The position numbers were made by a program, and so were the translations under genes. A stretch of 64,000 bases of DNA, taken from assembly GCA_902595225.1 (NCBI GenBank), contig CACJPG010000001.1, positions 3,583 through 67,582 of the forward strand. Direction: 5' to 3'. The notes under the pieces were generated by a model. It searched no databases. It was not told the origin of the DNA and saw nothing but the letters and a program-made list of their open reading frames with translations. This stretch comes from an uncultured Thiothrix sp. GTDB lineage: Bacteria > Pseudomonadota > Gammaproteobacteria > Poriferisulfidales > GCA-002705445. Below, one piece after another: positions 1-10,347 of the stretch; position 1 is the stretch's first letter, and every line of letters starts with the position of its first letter.

Positions 1-332
1 TATTATATTTTCAATTTTATACGAACATCACTTCTATTATGCTTATTATGCCAATTGCAATAATTAATGGAATTTTAACAAGCATTATTCTCGAAACAAT
101 TTTATTACTTAGAACAATGCCATTTAAAGAAGCATTAAAAATGGCAACAGGAATGAGCCTTATAAGTATGATAGCCATGGAGTTAGCAATGAATTTTACA
201 GATATATTTTTAGAGGGTGCTTTAGTATTGTCATTCTCATCACTTATACCAGTTTTAGTCGTAGGATTTATAGTGCCTTGGCCTTATAATTATTGGAGAC
301 TAGTGAAGTATAATAAAAACTGTTGTGGATAA
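1..332 (+). CDS. C-terminal part of a multi-pass membrane protein (possibly DUF4396-like); the 5' end lies outside the window
   Basis: The frame is open from position 3 to the TAA at 330-332. The translated segment is hydrophobic helices (IAIINGILTSIILETILLL, LIPVLVVGFIVPWPYNYW). The family guess is from memory only. Confidence 0.5.
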   Translation, partial: LYFQFYTNITSIMLIMPIAIINGILTSIILETILLLRTMPFKEALKMATGMSLISMIAMELAMNFTDIFLEGALVLSFSSLIPVLVVGFIVPWPYNYWRLVKYNKNCCG

Positions 333-334
333 TT

Positions 335-411
335 GCGCCTGTAGCTCAGCTGGATAGAGTACTTGGCTACGAACCAAGGGGTCGGGAGTTCGAATCTCTC
401 CAGGCGCGCCA
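335..411 (+). tRNA. tRNA-Arg (anticodon ACG), CCA encoded
   Basis: Hand-folded cloverleaf: acceptor gcgcctg/caggcgc, D arm gctc..gagt, anticodon arm cttgg-ctACGaa-ccaag, T arm gggag-ttcgaat-ctctc, discriminator g then cca. Confidence 0.93.
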
Positions 412-422
412 TTAAAATTATT

Positions 423-731
423 ATGAAAAAATTTTTTGTTCTTTTATTTTTTATTTCTTTTTCAGCAATATCTTTTTCAAGTGAAATGGTGAAAGGTTTA
501 GGTTTAACTAAATGTACGACTTTTAATTCCGCTACTAATGACGAAAAAGTAATTTATATGAGTTGGTTAGCAGGATTCATGTCTTCCCATAATATATTAA
601 AGAAAAAATTGCATGCAAAAAATATTACATATAATCGATCACAATTATGGATTGAATCTTTTTGTTATAATAATCCAAATCAAACTTTTAAAAATGCTGC
701 AATCTCTTTTATTAAAGAATTTCCTAAATAA
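423..731 (+). CDS. Small secreted protein of unknown function (signal peptide, two conserved-looking Cys)
   Basis: The track ORF 363..731 overlaps tRNA-Arg, so I trimmed it to the in-frame ATG at 423. The N-terminus MKKFFVLLFFISFSAISFSS is a typical signal peptide. I recognise no family. Confidence 0.55.
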   Translation: MKKFFVLLFFISFSAISFSSEMVKGLGLTKCTTFNSATNDEKVIYMSWLAGFMSSHNILKKKLHAKNITYNRSQLWIESFCYNNPNQTFKNAAISFIKEFPK

Positions 732-739
732 ATCTGAGA

Positions 740-2539
740 TCAACTTTTTTTATTATACTGCTTACCTTTAGAAAATTTATTTCTTCCTTTATAGTTTTTA
801 TTAAATTTTCTTCCTTTATAATTTGGATTATAATTCTTTGTTCTTCTTTTTTGACTAGTCTGATTTTTTATATCTCCAAAGAATAATTTTTTGAAAAAAT
901 TAATTAAACCAAAAGAATTACTATTCTTATTAATAGGGATCGGTCTCTGAGGTTTTATACCTTGAACAGTTGGTTCCATTTCTTGTTCATTTATATTTTT
1001 ATCAAACTCATACGCATTATTTGCACTACTATCAATTAGTTCGTAGCTTGATTTTTTCCCAGTTTCATCATTATCACTTCTATATCTTGTTAACCTGTAG
1101 TTTGGACTCTCTAGATAAACATCTGGAATTATAATTATGCTTACATTATTTTTCTCTGTTACCGAATTAACTTCTTTTCTTTTTTCATTCATCAAATAGG
1201 TAGATATTTTAATTGGAACTTCAGCTATAACTTTACTTGTATTCACTTTTAAAGATTCTTCTTCTATGCGCCTCAATATTGCTAAAGACATAGATTTAAT
1301 ATTTCTAATTCTTCCAATCCCTTCATAAAGGTGCCCCATCTCTTCTGATGATTCTCTTAAGGAAGGCCTTAATCTCTGTCTAGATAGCTCGAGAAGCCCA
1401 AATCTTGAAATTTTTCCAAATTGAACCTTTGCTCTATCTCGTTTTACAGCCTCCTTAATTTTTTCTTCGACAGCTCTCTGATTTTTTACAGATAACATGT
1501 CTATGAAATCAATAACTAAAAGTCCACCCAAATCCCTTATTCTCAATTGTCTTGCAATCTCTTCTGCTGCTTCTAAATTTGTATTAAGTGCAGTTTCTTC
1601 AATGTCGCTACCTTTCGTTGATCTTGCAGAATTTATATCAATAGAAATAAGTGCTTCTGTATGATCAATAACTATAGAGCCTCCTGAAGGCAGAGAAACC
1701 TCTCTATTGAACGCTGATTCGATTTGATTTTCTATTTGATATTTATTGTATAAAGGTGTGTTTTCTTCATATAGTTTCAATTTTTTCGTTTGCTCTGGCA
1801 TAGAGAATTGTAGAAATTCTTTTGCAACTTCGTATACTTCTTTATTATCAACTATAATTTCATCTATGGTTTCATCCATGTTATCTCGTAGCGTTCTTAT
1901 TATGATATTACTTTCTCTATAAATTAAAAAAGGTGCATCTTTTTCTTTTGAAGAGCTAATAATATTGTCCCATAGGGTAACTAAGTAATCCTGATCCCAT
2001 TGAAGCTCTTCAAGTGTTTTACCAACACCTGCCGTTCTTATTATATTTCCTCCATCCTTTATTTCTTTTAATTTATCAAGATTATCTTTTACTTCTTTTC
2101 TATCTGGGCCTTCAATCCTTCTAGAAACTCCACCAGCTTTGGGATTATTCGGCATTAGTACTAAATATTTTCCAGCTAAGCTTATAAATGTCGTAAGCGC
2201 AGCTCCCTTATTACCTCTTTCAATTCTTTCAATTTGAACAATAAGTTCTTGTCCTTCGTTCAACATATCTTTGATGCTACTTTTTTTATCAAAAGTTTCA
2301 TTTTTAAGATATTCTTTTGAGATTTCTTTTAAAGGAAGGAAGCCATGCCTTTCTGCTCCAAAATTGACAAAAGCCGCTTCGAGACTCGGCTCTATTCTGG
2401 TTACAACTGCTTTATATATATTTCCTTTACTTTGATTACGAGAACGATTCTCGATGTCTAGGTCGTATAATTTTTGACCAGTTACTGACGCTACTCTTAA
2501 TTCTTCTTGTTGAGTTCCATTTATTAAAATTCGTTTCAT
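740..2539 (-). CDS. rne: Ribonuclease E, catalytic domain with only a short basic tail
   Basis: The N-terminus [51 protein letters not shown] tracks the E. coli Rne N-terminus as I recall it. It is divergent from rluC, as in E. coli. The 599-aa protein ends in a K/N/R-rich tail. Confidence 0.92.
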   Translation of the reverse strand: MKRILINGTQQEELRVASVTGQKLYDLDIENRSRNQSKGNIYKAVVTRIEPSLEAAFVNFGAERHGFLPLKEISKEYLKNETFDKKSSIKDMLNEGQELIVQIERIERGNKGAALTTFISLAGKYLVLMPNNPKAGGVSRRIEGPDRKEVKDNLDKLKEIKDGGNIIRTAGVGKTLEELQWDQDYLVTLWDNIISSSKEKDAPFLIYRESNIIIRTLRDNMDETIDEIIVDNKEVYEVAKEFLQFSMPEQTKKLKLYEENTPLYNKYQIENQIESAFNREVSLPSGGSIVIDHTEALISIDINSARSTKGSDIEETALNTNLEAAEEIARQLRIRDLGGLLVIDFIDMLSVKNQRAVEEKIKEAVKRDRAKVQFGKISRFGLLELSRQRLRPSLRESSEEMGHLYEGIGRIRNIKSMSLAILRRIEEESLKVNTSKVIAEVPIKISTYLMNEKRKEVNSVTEKNNVSIIIIPDVYLESPNYRLTRYRSDNDETGKKSSYELIDSSANNAYEFDKNINEQEMEPTVQGIKPQRPIPINKNSNSFGLINFFKKLFFGDIKNQTSQKRRTKNYNPNYKGRKFNKNYKGRNKFSKGKQYNKKS

Positions 2540-2829
2540 TATTTTTCCCGTTTAGAAAGCATAAATGAGAAAAATACAAATCTATATTGAATTGTGATGA
2601 TTTGATTGAATCTGAAAGGGTTTCAGTAATGTTATTAAATTTCGTAATAAGATTTCTCATTTTTTTTGCTTTAATTAATTATATATTAGCTATTTTTAGA
2701 AATGCTTTTTTTAAGCAAAACCTATAATTCATTTGAAGCAGCCACTATATTTGTTATCTGCTTACATATTGCTAATATATCAGTCTTGAGGTATTTCATC
2801 AAATTATCTAACATTTTATAGGTATCTAT

Positions 2830-3720
2830 ATGATAATTAAGAAAAAAGCAAAATCGGTAATAATTTCTTCTGATAATGCAGGTCAAAGATTAGATAATTT
2901 CTTAATTTCATATATAAAAAATGTCCCAAGAAAGCACATATATAAGTTAATAAGAACGGGTCAAGTAAGAATAAATAGCTCAAGGTCAAAACCAAGCTCA
3001 AAGTTAAATATCAATGATAAAGTGAGAATTCCACCAATATCATTAACAGAATCACTTAAACCAACAATAAACAAAGATCAAATAAAAATAATGAAGGAAA
3101 AATTAATATACGAAGATAAATATATTATTGTTTTTAATAAACCTTCATCATTTTCTGTTCATAGTGGTACAAATACCGGATATGGGCTAATAGACGTTAT
3201 AAGAAAATTTAGAAAAGATTTTGAAAGATTGGATTTACTACATAGGCTTGATAAAGAAACAAGCGGTTGTGTCATTATTACAAAATCATATGAAAGTTTG
3301 AAAATTTTCCAGAAAAAAATTAAAAATAAAGAAATAAATAAGAAATATTTATGCTTAGTAAAGGGTCGTTGGAATGCAAAAATTAAAAAAAGCACACACA
3401 GATTAACAAGAGATAGTAAAACAGTTGATGCAGAAACACATTTTAAAGTAATAAAATATTATAAAAATTCTACACTACTTGAGGCCGAACTAATTACAGG
3501 GAGATATCATCAAATTAGAAAGCACTGCGAAATTCTTAATCATCCAATTATTGGAGATAAAAAATATGGTGATAGAGCCTTGAATAAATTATATAGGGAG
3601 AAAGGTCTAAGTAGAATATTTCTACACGCGTCTCTAATTAAGTTTTATTTAAACAAGGAAATAATGGTAGAATGTCCACTTCCTATAGAACTTGAAAGCT
3701 TTTTAAGAAATCATAATTAA
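2830..3720 (+). CDS. rluC: 23S rRNA pseudouridine synthase, RluC-like (RluA family with S4 domain)
   Basis: It has an S4-like N-terminus (GQRLDNFL..VRINSSRSKPSSKLNINDKVRIPP) and the catalytic HRLDKETSG motif. Its position divergent from rne matches E. coli. Confidence 0.88.
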   Translation: MIIKKKAKSVIISSDNAGQRLDNFLISYIKNVPRKHIYKLIRTGQVRINSSRSKPSSKLNINDKVRIPPISLTESLKPTINKDQIKIMKEKLIYEDKYIIVFNKPSSFSVHSGTNTGYGLIDVIRKFRKDFERLDLLHRLDKETSGCVIITKSYESLKIFQKKIKNKEINKKYLCLVKGRWNAKIKKSTHRLTRDSKTVDAETHFKVIKYYKNSTLLEAELITGRYHQIRKHCEILNHPIIGDKKYGDRALNKLYREKGLSRIFLHASLIKFYLNKEIMVECPLPIELESFLRNHN

Positions 3721-3725
3721 TACTT

Positions 3726-4298
3726 TTAGCTATCTAAAATTTTTTGGAGCTTTACAAGTGGAAGACCAATAAGTCCGGATAAATCTTTTTCTTTATCCTC
3801 AAATTCTTCAATTAGGATATCTTTTGCAACCTCGTATCTGAACGCTGCTGAGGAGTTCAAGGGATTATGTTTTTCAATATAATCAAATATCTCCTTTTGC
3901 ATCAGTTTTTTTATTTTGATTTCATATTCTGCAATTTCGGTTTGATAATTCATATTATCAGCATCTAGTACGCATAACCCTGTATAAAAAAATATTTTTT
4001 TCCCTGAGATAAATTTTAAATATTCTATTGCAATATCTTTTTTTAAAGGTTTTCCTAATATTTTACTATCACAATATGCGCAAGTATCTGAAGCAATAAT
4101 GATTGCGTTTTTGTTGTGTTCACTAATTTTTTCTGCTTTTTCAATAGCTAGTCTTATCACCATTTCTTGAGCTTTCTCTTCAGATTTTCTAGTTTCATCT
4201 ATGTTTGGCGAAATACACTCAAAATCAGCTCTAACCGAGCTAAGTAGTATTTTTCTATAAACAGAGCTGCTAGCCAAAATTAATCTTTTCTTTTTCAT
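3726..4298 (-). CDS. maf: Maf-like nucleoside triphosphate pyrophosphatase (YceF type)
   Basis: The start LILASSSVYRKILL and the length of 190 aa fit. Its position between rluC and rpmF matches yceF in E. coli. Confidence 0.82.
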   Translation of the reverse strand: MKKKRLILASSSVYRKILLSSVRADFECISPNIDETRKSEEKAQEMVIRLAIEKAEKISEHNKNAIIIASDTCAYCDSKILGKPLKKDIAIEYLKFISGKKIFFYTGLCVLDADNMNYQTEIAEYEIKIKKLMQKEIFDYIEKHNPLNSSAAFRYEVAKDILIEEFEDKEKDLSGLIGLPLVKLQKILDS

Positions 4299-4367
4299 CT
4301 ATTTTTCCTGTATAATCTTCAAAATTTTGGTGAAAACGTAGGTAATTCATAATTATAGGACCATAAT

Positions 4368-4571
4368 ATGGCTGTTCAAAAAAGCAAAAAAACTAGCTCA
4401 AAAAGGGGCATGAGAAGATCTCATGACCATATTGACCTACCTAAACTCTCTCAAGATCCTGTCTCTGGTGAAACACATTTAAGACATCATGTCTCAAAGA
4501 ATGGTTTCTACAAGGGTAATCAAGTAATTATACCTAAATCTGCAGATAGTTCTAACGACGAAGAGAATTAA
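4368..4571 (+). CDS. rpmF: 50S ribosomal protein L32
   Basis: [20 protein letters not shown] is the canonical L32 N-terminus. It lies upstream of plsX-fabH. Confidence 0.95.
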   Translation: MAVQKSKKTSSKRGMRRSHDHIDLPKLSQDPVSGETHLRHHVSKNGFYKGNQVIIPKSADSSNDEEN

Positions 4572-4596
4572 ATCTTAGTAATTATTTTTTCTTAAA

Positions 4597-5610
4597 ATGA
4601 CTGAAGAAACTAGAATTGCTGTAGATGCCATGGGTGGCGATGGAGGTCCAAGTGTCATTATGCCCTCTATAAAAGACTTTCTATCAACTCACAATGACGT
4701 AAAAATCGAAGTTTTTGGCGATGAAGATTTAATTTATAAATATACAAACAAATTTGAAGAATCTATTTTAAAAAATATTAAGATAATACATACTAATGAA
4801 AAAGTTCTTAGCAATGATTCACCTTCTCATGCGTTGCGCCATAAAAAAAAATCATCAATGAGTCTTGCCATTGAATCAGTAAAGAATAAAAACACACAGG
4901 CGTGCGTCAGTGCAGGAAACACTGGAGCATTAATGGCGATTTCTAGATTTATTCTTGGAACTTTAGATGGAATAGATAGGCCAGCGATTGAAACTATGCT
5001 GCCCTCATTAAACGGGCATACTCATGTTCTTGACTTAGGTGCAAACATTGATTGTAAAGCAGAACATTTATATCAGTTTGCTGTCATGGGTTCCGTATTA
5101 GCAATGATACTAGATGACAAAAGTAACCCAAGTGTTGGCTTATTAAACGTTGGGCAAGAAGCAATAAAAGGAAATATACAAGTTAAAGAAGCGCATGATT
5201 TATTAAAAAATAATAATATAAATTATGTAGGATTTGTTGAAGGTGATGACATTTTTTGTGGTAATATTGATGTTATAGTTTGTGATGGTTTTGTAGGTAA
5301 TATTGCATTAAAAACAAGTGAAGGAATTGCCAAATTTATATCCTCAAAACTAAAGGATGAATATGCAAAGAATGTTTTCACAAAAATTGCTGGGATATCC
5401 TCAATAAAAGTACTTAATTCTTTTAAAAAGGTTGTTGATCCAAGAAGGTATAATGGTGCAAGTTTGCTTGGTTTAAAAGGTATAATCATAAAAAGCCATG
5501 GTGGCGCTGATTCATATGCTTTTGGTAATTCTCTTGAGATTGCTCTTAAAGAAGTTAAAAAAGACGTCCCTTCATGCATTGATAAAAAATTAAAAGAAGT
5601 GTTAGGTTAA
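4597..5610 (+). CDS. plsX: Phosphate acyltransferase PlsX
   Basis: IAVDAMGGDGGP near the N-terminus, GFVGNIALKT and the rpmF-plsX-fabH order all fit. Confidence 0.95.
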   Translation: MTEETRIAVDAMGGDGGPSVIMPSIKDFLSTHNDVKIEVFGDEDLIYKYTNKFEESILKNIKIIHTNEKVLSNDSPSHALRHKKKSSMSLAIESVKNKNTQACVSAGNTGALMAISRFILGTLDGIDRPAIETMLPSLNGHTHVLDLGANIDCKAEHLYQFAVMGSVLAMILDDKSNPSVGLLNVGQEAIKGNIQVKEAHDLLKNNNINYVGFVEGDDIFCGNIDVIVCDGFVGNIALKTSEGIAKFISSKLKDEYAKNVFTKIAGISSIKVLNSFKKVVDPRRYNGASLLGLKGIIIKSHGGADSYAFGNSLEIALKEVKKDVPSCIDKKLKEVLG

Positions 5611-5613
5611 ATT

Positions 5614-6537
5614 ATGTATTCAAGAATTATTGGAACAGGAAGTTACTTACCGCAAAAAGTTCTTACAAATAAAGATTTAGAATCACTAGTTGATACAACA
5701 GATGAATGGATTGTTGAAAGAACTGGTATCAAACAAAGACATATTGCAGCTGACAATGAAAGTACATCTTCAATGGCAATAAATGCATCAATTGATGCTA
5801 TTAAAAGTTCTGGTTTGAGTGAAAAAGATATTGATTTAGTAATAGTTGCAACTACAACACCCGATCAAATTTTTCCAAGTACAGCATGCATTGTTCAAAA
5901 TAAGTTAAACATTATTGCACCAGCTTTTGATATTCAGGCGGCATGCACTGGCTTCATTTATGCTATGAGCGTAGCTGATAATTACATAAGAAACGGAATG
6001 AGCAAAAATACTTTGATAATTGGCTCAGAAAAATATTCTAATATTTTAGACTGGAAAGACAGATCAACATGCGTTTTATTTGGCGATGGAGCAGGGGCTG
6101 TAGTTTTGTCTGCCGACTCAAAAGAAGGCATTATTTCATCACATATTCATGCAGATGGACAATATAATGACTTACTATCAGTCGAAGACAATCATATAAA
6201 AATGAAAGGCAATGAAGTTTTTAAAGTTGCAGTGAACACATTAAGTAAACTTGTAGACGAAACCTTAGATAAAAATAATATGGATAAGAGTTCAATAGAC
6301 TGGCTTGTCCCTCATCAGGCAAATTTAAGAATTATTAAAGCTGCAGCAAAAAAACTATCTTTACCTTTAGAGCAGGTTGTGGTTACTGTAGATGATCATG
6401 CGAATACATCAGCTGCATCAATACCTTTAGCTTTGAATGAGGCTGTAAAAGATGGCAGAATAAAAGAAGATCAAGTATTATTATTAGAAGCATTCGGAAG
6501 CGGCTTTACATGGGGATCAGTTTTACTTAGGTACTAA
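5614..6537 (+). CDS. fabH: 3-oxoacyl-ACP synthase III
   Basis: [19 protein letters not shown], the active-site context AACTGF and HQANLRII are classic FabH motifs. Confidence 0.95.
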   Translation: MYSRIIGTGSYLPQKVLTNKDLESLVDTTDEWIVERTGIKQRHIAADNESTSSMAINASIDAIKSSGLSEKDIDLVIVATTTPDQIFPSTACIVQNKLNIIAPAFDIQAACTGFIYAMSVADNYIRNGMSKNTLIIGSEKYSNILDWKDRSTCVLFGDGAGAVVLSADSKEGIISSHIHADGQYNDLLSVEDNHIKMKGNEVFKVAVNTLSKLVDETLDKNNMDKSSIDWLVPHQANLRIIKAAAKKLSLPLEQVVVTVDDHANTSAASIPLALNEAVKDGRIKEDQVLLLEAFGSGFTWGSVLLRY

Positions 6538-6542
6538 AAAAA

Positions 6543-8360
6543 TTGATAGACATAAAAGAAATAAAGCATAGTTTAAAAAATATGACTCCAAATCCTGGTG
6601 TCTACAAAATGTTGGACGCTAATAACAATGTTATTTATGTTGGAAAGGCAAAAAATTTAAAAAAAAGGGTTTCATCTTATTTTCAACAAAAAAATCATTC
6701 AACTAGAATTAAAAGAATGATTAGCCTTATAAAAAAAATTGATTTAACTATAACAAAAACAGAAGCTGATGCTTTTCTTCTAGAAAATATTCAAATCAAA
6801 AAATTTAGACCGAAATTTAATATTCTTTTAAGAGATGATAAATCTTATCCATATATTTATGTAGATACTCACCATGAATATCCAAGACTAAGTTTTTATA
6901 GGGGTAAAAGAAAAAAACGTGGTAAATTTTTTGGACCATATTCAAATGTTTATTCGGTTAGAGAGGCATTAAATACACTTCAAAAATTATTCAAAGTAAG
7001 ACAATGTAGTGATTCGTACTTTAATAATAGATCAAGACCTTGTTTACAGTACCAAATTGAGAGATGCTCTGCACCATGCGTTGGTTTAATTGAGCAAGAT
7101 AATTACGTATCTGATATCAATATGTCGATGAAATTTCTCGATGGTAAAAATAATGAGATAATTGAGCTATTAATAAATAAAATGGAGAAAGCTTCGAAAG
7201 AACAAAAATATGAAGATGCAGCAAATTATCGCGATCAAATTGAATCGTTAAAACATACAAGTGAGCAAAGTTCAGTTAGTACTGATAAAGGCGACATCGA
7301 TATAATATCTGTCCTAATAATTTCTGGTATAGCATGTATTCAAGTTTTCAATATTAGAAACGGCGTAAATTTTGGACATAAGACATTCTTCCCTGAAATT
7401 GATGAAACTATTAATGAAAGCGCCTTGTTAAGTATTTTTATTGGACAATACTACATGTATAAAAAAATTCCAAAAGAAATTCTTTTAAATAAAATTACCA
7501 AAGACAAAAAAATTCTTGAATTTATTTTATCAAAAAAGAAGACTTCAAAAGTAGTAATTACTAATAATGTAAGAGGAAAGAGACAGCAGCTTATCGAAAT
7601 GGCAGAAAAAAATACACTTTCAACGCTAAATGCAAAAATATTAAGCAAGAAGAATATGTTTAATAGATTTATAGCACTTCAAGAGATTTTAAAATTAAAG
7701 AATGCGCCGCAGAAGTTAGTATGTTTTGACATAAGCCATACATTTGGTGAGGAAACAGTAGCTTCATGCGTAACTTTTACAACAGAAGGACCAGAGAAAA
7801 AAGAGTATAGAAAGTTTAACATAAGATCCATCAATAATGGTGACGATTACGCAGCAATGAAAGAGGCTCTTACTAGACATTTTTTAAGAATCAAAAAAGG
7901 CGAAATTGATTATCCTGATATTTGTTTTATTGATGGTGGCTTAGGACAAGTAAATATAGCTTTAGATGTAATGAAAGAACTTGAAATTAATAAAGTAAAT
8001 ATTATTGGTGTATCTAAAGGAAAAGCAAGGAAAGCAGGAGAAGAAAAAATCATTATAAACTCAGGACAAAACTCTATAAGTCTTGCAAATAATTCACTTG
8101 CTTTACATCTTATTCAGCAAATAAGAGACGAGGCTCATAGATTTGCTATCACTGGGCATAGAAAAAGAAGAGATAAAAATAAATTTAAATCACCACTTGA
8201 AGAAATTCCAGGTTTGGGCCCTAAAAGAAAGCAGATTCTTTTGAAACACTTTGGTGGATTGCAGGGCGTTCTTAATGCTGGTGAAGATGAGATAAAAAAA
8301 ATTCCTGGTATTAATAAAACTTTAGCAGAAGCAATTTATTTTAGATTTCATGAAAGCTGA
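6543..8360 (+). CDS. uvrC: Excinuclease ABC subunit C
   Basis: GIY-YIG motifs are present (PGVYKMLDANNNVIYVGKAKNLKKRVSSYF), as is the C-terminal (HhH)2 region. The start is TTG in the track. It is followed by pgsA, as in E. coli. Confidence 0.93.
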   Translation: MIDIKEIKHSLKNMTPNPGVYKMLDANNNVIYVGKAKNLKKRVSSYFQQKNHSTRIKRMISLIKKIDLTITKTEADAFLLENIQIKKFRPKFNILLRDDKSYPYIYVDTHHEYPRLSFYRGKRKKRGKFFGPYSNVYSVREALNTLQKLFKVRQCSDSYFNNRSRPCLQYQIERCSAPCVGLIEQDNYVSDINMSMKFLDGKNNEIIELLINKMEKASKEQKYEDAANYRDQIESLKHTSEQSSVSTDKGDIDIISVLIISGIACIQVFNIRNGVNFGHKTFFPEIDETINESALLSIFIGQYYMYKKIPKEILLNKITKDKKILEFILSKKKTSKVVITNNVRGKRQQLIEMAEKNTLSTLNAKILSKKNMFNRFIALQEILKLKNAPQKLVCFDISHTFGEETVASCVTFTTEGPEKKEYRKFNIRSINNGDDYAAMKEALTRHFLRIKKGEIDYPDICFIDGGLGQVNIALDVMKELEINKVNIIGVSKGKARKAGEEKIIINSGQNSISLANNSLALHLIQQIRDEAHRFAITGHRKRRDKNKFKSPLEEIPGLGPKRKQILLKHFGGLQGVLNAGEDEIKKIPGINKTLAEAIYFRFHES

Positions 8361-8363
8361 TAT

Positions 8364-8903
8364 ATGAATTATGCAATTATAATTACTTATTTAAGGATTG
8401 CCCTAATTCCTATCATGGTGCTTTTATTTTTTTTAAGTTCTGATAACCCGCAATATAGTCTTACTTTTATTTTTTTCCTTGCAGCTATAACTGATTATTT
8501 AGATGGTTTTATTGCAAGGAAAATGAATTTAATGTCAGAACATGGAAAGTTTCTTGATCCTGTTGCTGACAAGCTTTTAGTTGCGTCATCTTTATTAATT
8601 ATTTTGGCAGATAATAATGAACTTATAATTTTTATTCCTACATGTATAATAATATTGAGAGAAATAATGGTCTCTGCAATAAGAGAATGGGCAGCAAGAG
8701 AGGATATAAAGGATTTAGTTGAAGTAAACTACCTTGGGAAATTAAAGACTTTTGTTCAAATGATTTCGATAGGTTTTTTGCTTTTTAATGGTACTATCTT
8801 TACAATTAACATATATTTATTAGGCCTATATGGAATAAATATAGCAGCCTTTTTATCGCTGTTATCTATGTTAATATATTTAAAAAATGTTATTAAGCCA
8901 TAG
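8364..8903 (+). CDS. pgsA: CDP-diacylglycerol-glycerol-3-phosphate 3-phosphatidyltransferase
   Basis: It carries the CDP-alcohol transferase motif DYLDGFIARK...DPVADKL. The uvrC-pgsA-tRNA order also fits. Confidence 0.92.
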   Translation: MNYAIIITYLRIALIPIMVLLFFLSSDNPQYSLTFIFFLAAITDYLDGFIARKMNLMSEHGKFLDPVADKLLVASSLLIILADNNELIIFIPTCIIILREIMVSAIREWAAREDIKDLVEVNYLGKLKTFVQMISIGFLLFNGTIFTINIYLLGLYGINIAAFLSLLSMLIYLKNVIKP

Positions 8904-8911
8904 ATATTTGT

Positions 8912-8987
8912 GCGGGAATAGCTCATCTGGTAGAGCGCAACCTTGCCAAGGTTGAGGTAGCGAGTTCGAGCCTCGTTTCCCGCTCCA
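8912..8987 (+). tRNA. tRNA-Gly (anticodon GCC), CCA encoded
   Basis: Hand-folded: acceptor gcgggaa/ttcccgc, anticodon arm caacc-ttGCCaa-ggttg, T arm gcgag-ttcgagc-ctcgt. Confidence 0.93.
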
Positions 8988-8996
8988 TTTTTTAGT

Positions 8997-9070
8997 GGCT
9001 GTGTGGCAGAGTGGTTATGCTGCGGTCTGCAAAACCGTTTACGCCGGTTCGATTCCGACCACAGCCTCCA
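8997..9070 (+). tRNA. tRNA-Cys (anticodon GCA), CCA encoded
   Basis: Hand-folded: acceptor ggctgtg/cacagcc, anticodon loop ctGCAaa, T arm gccgg-ttcgatt-ccgac. Confidence 0.92.
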
Positions 9071-9091
9071 TTAGTGAGAAAGGAATGTAAT

Positions 9092-9610
9092 ATGAGAAAT
9101 TTATATGATTATCCTATAGGTGAAAATTCGCCAGATGAGTTTAATGTAATTATAGAGGTTCCGCACGGAAGTAATAATAAGTACGAGTACAATTCTGAGT
9201 ATGACATTTTTCAATTAGATAGAGTCTTATTTAGTTCAGTACATTACCCAGGTTGTTATGGATTTATTCCTCAAACTCTTGGGGGAGACGGAGACCCTTT
9301 GGATGTAATCGTTTTGGCAGGAGAACCTTTCTCAACTGGAACCGTTCTCAAAGCAAGACCAGTAGGTTATTTAAAAATGACAGACGACAAAGGCCAGGAC
9401 GAAAAGATTTTAGCTGTACCCGTTGACGACCCAAGATTTAATGAGAGACATTCACTGAAAGATATAAGAAAACATGTTCTGCTGGAAATTGAACACTTTT
9501 TTCAAATTTATAAAGATCTTGAAAATAAATTTGTTGATATAGACAAATGGTATGACCTTGACGAAACTAAGAAGTTAATTGTTGAAAGTAACAATAATTA
9601 TAAAAAGTAA
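9092..9610 (+). CDS. ppa: Inorganic pyrophosphatase (family I)
   Basis: The track ORF 9011.. runs through tRNA-Cys, so I trimmed it to the ATG at 9092, which follows gagaaaggaa. Motifs are EVPHGSNNKYEY and DGDPLDVIVL. Confidence 0.92.
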   Translation: MRNLYDYPIGENSPDEFNVIIEVPHGSNNKYEYNSEYDIFQLDRVLFSSVHYPGCYGFIPQTLGGDGDPLDVIVLAGEPFSTGTVLKARPVGYLKMTDDKGQDEKILAVPVDDPRFNERHSLKDIRKHVLLEIEHFFQIYKDLENKFVDIDKWYDLDETKKLIVESNNNYKK

Positions 9611-9611
9611 A

Positions 9612-9636
9612 CCTTGGTTACTTTAAGCAACCAAGG
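9612..9636. terminator. Hairpin between convergent ppa and the ABM-like gene; candidate bidirectional terminator
   Basis: A perfect 8-bp stem ccttggtt / aaccaagg with a 9-nt loop, followed by attt. It lies in the 37-bp gap between two convergent stop codons. Confidence 0.5.
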
Positions 9637-9647
9637 ATTTGAAAAAA

Positions 9648-10055
9648 CTATTTAGTTATTGATGCTTTATAGATATTTTCTGGCTCTTGCTCACCTTGCC
9701 AAAGAAGCTCATATCCAAGTTCACGAGCTTCATCACAAAATTCAACTAAGTTTCCAAAAAGCTCTTTGAAAGTTTCATGAGAGTGGCTTTTCTCATGTTC
9801 CTCAAAAGAATCCCAATAAGTTACTATCGCAATATGGTTTCCTTCTTTACCAAAATCTCCAACACTTCCTTCGTCACTTATAAAGCCAGAGTATTTAAAT
9901 ACTTGCCCAGCTCGAAATCCAGGATAATTATTTTTTACAACGAAACACATTTCGCCGATAAGCCCCTCAACATCCTCAATCGTTACGTTTTCCTTAAGCT
10001 TAACAATATTGAAAAGCATTACTGATTCATAAGGTATAGTGATTTTATCAAACAT
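9648..10055 (-). CDS. Hypothetical protein with an ABM/Dabb-like (ferredoxin-like fold) appearance
   Basis: A 135-aa ORF. The segment HIAIVTYWDSFEEHEKSHSHETFKELF resembles the W-x-S-x-E-x-x-x-x-H pattern of antibiotic-biosynthesis-monooxygenase-like domains. The assignment is weak. Confidence 0.45.
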   Translation of the reverse strand: MFDKITIPYESVMLFNIVKLKENVTIEDVEGLIGEMCFVVKNNYPGFRAGQVFKYSGFISDEGSVGDFGKEGNHIAIVTYWDSFEEHEKSHSHETFKELFGNLVEFCDEARELGYELLWQGEQEPENIYKASITK

Positions 10056-10235
10056 ATTTGTTACTCCATTAACATAATTGCCACTCTTAAGTAATATATT
10101 AATAATATTTTTGTAACTTCATATATCCCTTTATTGGTATATAATAAATTACTAATATAATTGCTTTATTTAGAACATAATGCAAATAAGATAACTATAC
10201 TAGCCTCTAGAAACGTATATAATTACGGCTTATTA

Positions 10236-10322
10236 GCCCAGGTGGCGAAATTGGTAGACGCAAGGGACTTAAAATCCCTCGGTAGAAATACCGTGCCGGT
10301 TCGACTCCGGCCCTGGGCACCA
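10236..10322 (+). tRNA. tRNA-Leu (anticodon UAA), long variable arm, CCA encoded
   Basis: Hand-folded: acceptor gcccagg/cctgggc, anticodon arm aggga-ctTAAaa-tccct, variable arm cggtagaaataccg, T arm gccgg-ttcgact-ccggc. Confidence 0.92.
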
Positions 10323-10347
10323 ATATATTTCACTAATTGTTTTTGAA

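Noticed and set aside
363-422. The track gives N-terminal extensions that run through tRNA genes (363.. over tRNA-Arg, 9011.. over tRNA-Cys, and the whole of 10161-10346 over tRNA-Leu).
   Set aside because: The sequence there folds into canonical tRNAs. The downstream in-frame ATGs at 423 and 9092 give sensible N-termini, and 10161-10346 has no content other than the tRNA.
2436-2660. A 74-aa minus-strand ORF spans the rne start and leader.
   Set aside because: It overlaps the well-supported rne N-terminus in another frame. The remainder lies in the putative rne 5' leader, and it has no motif.
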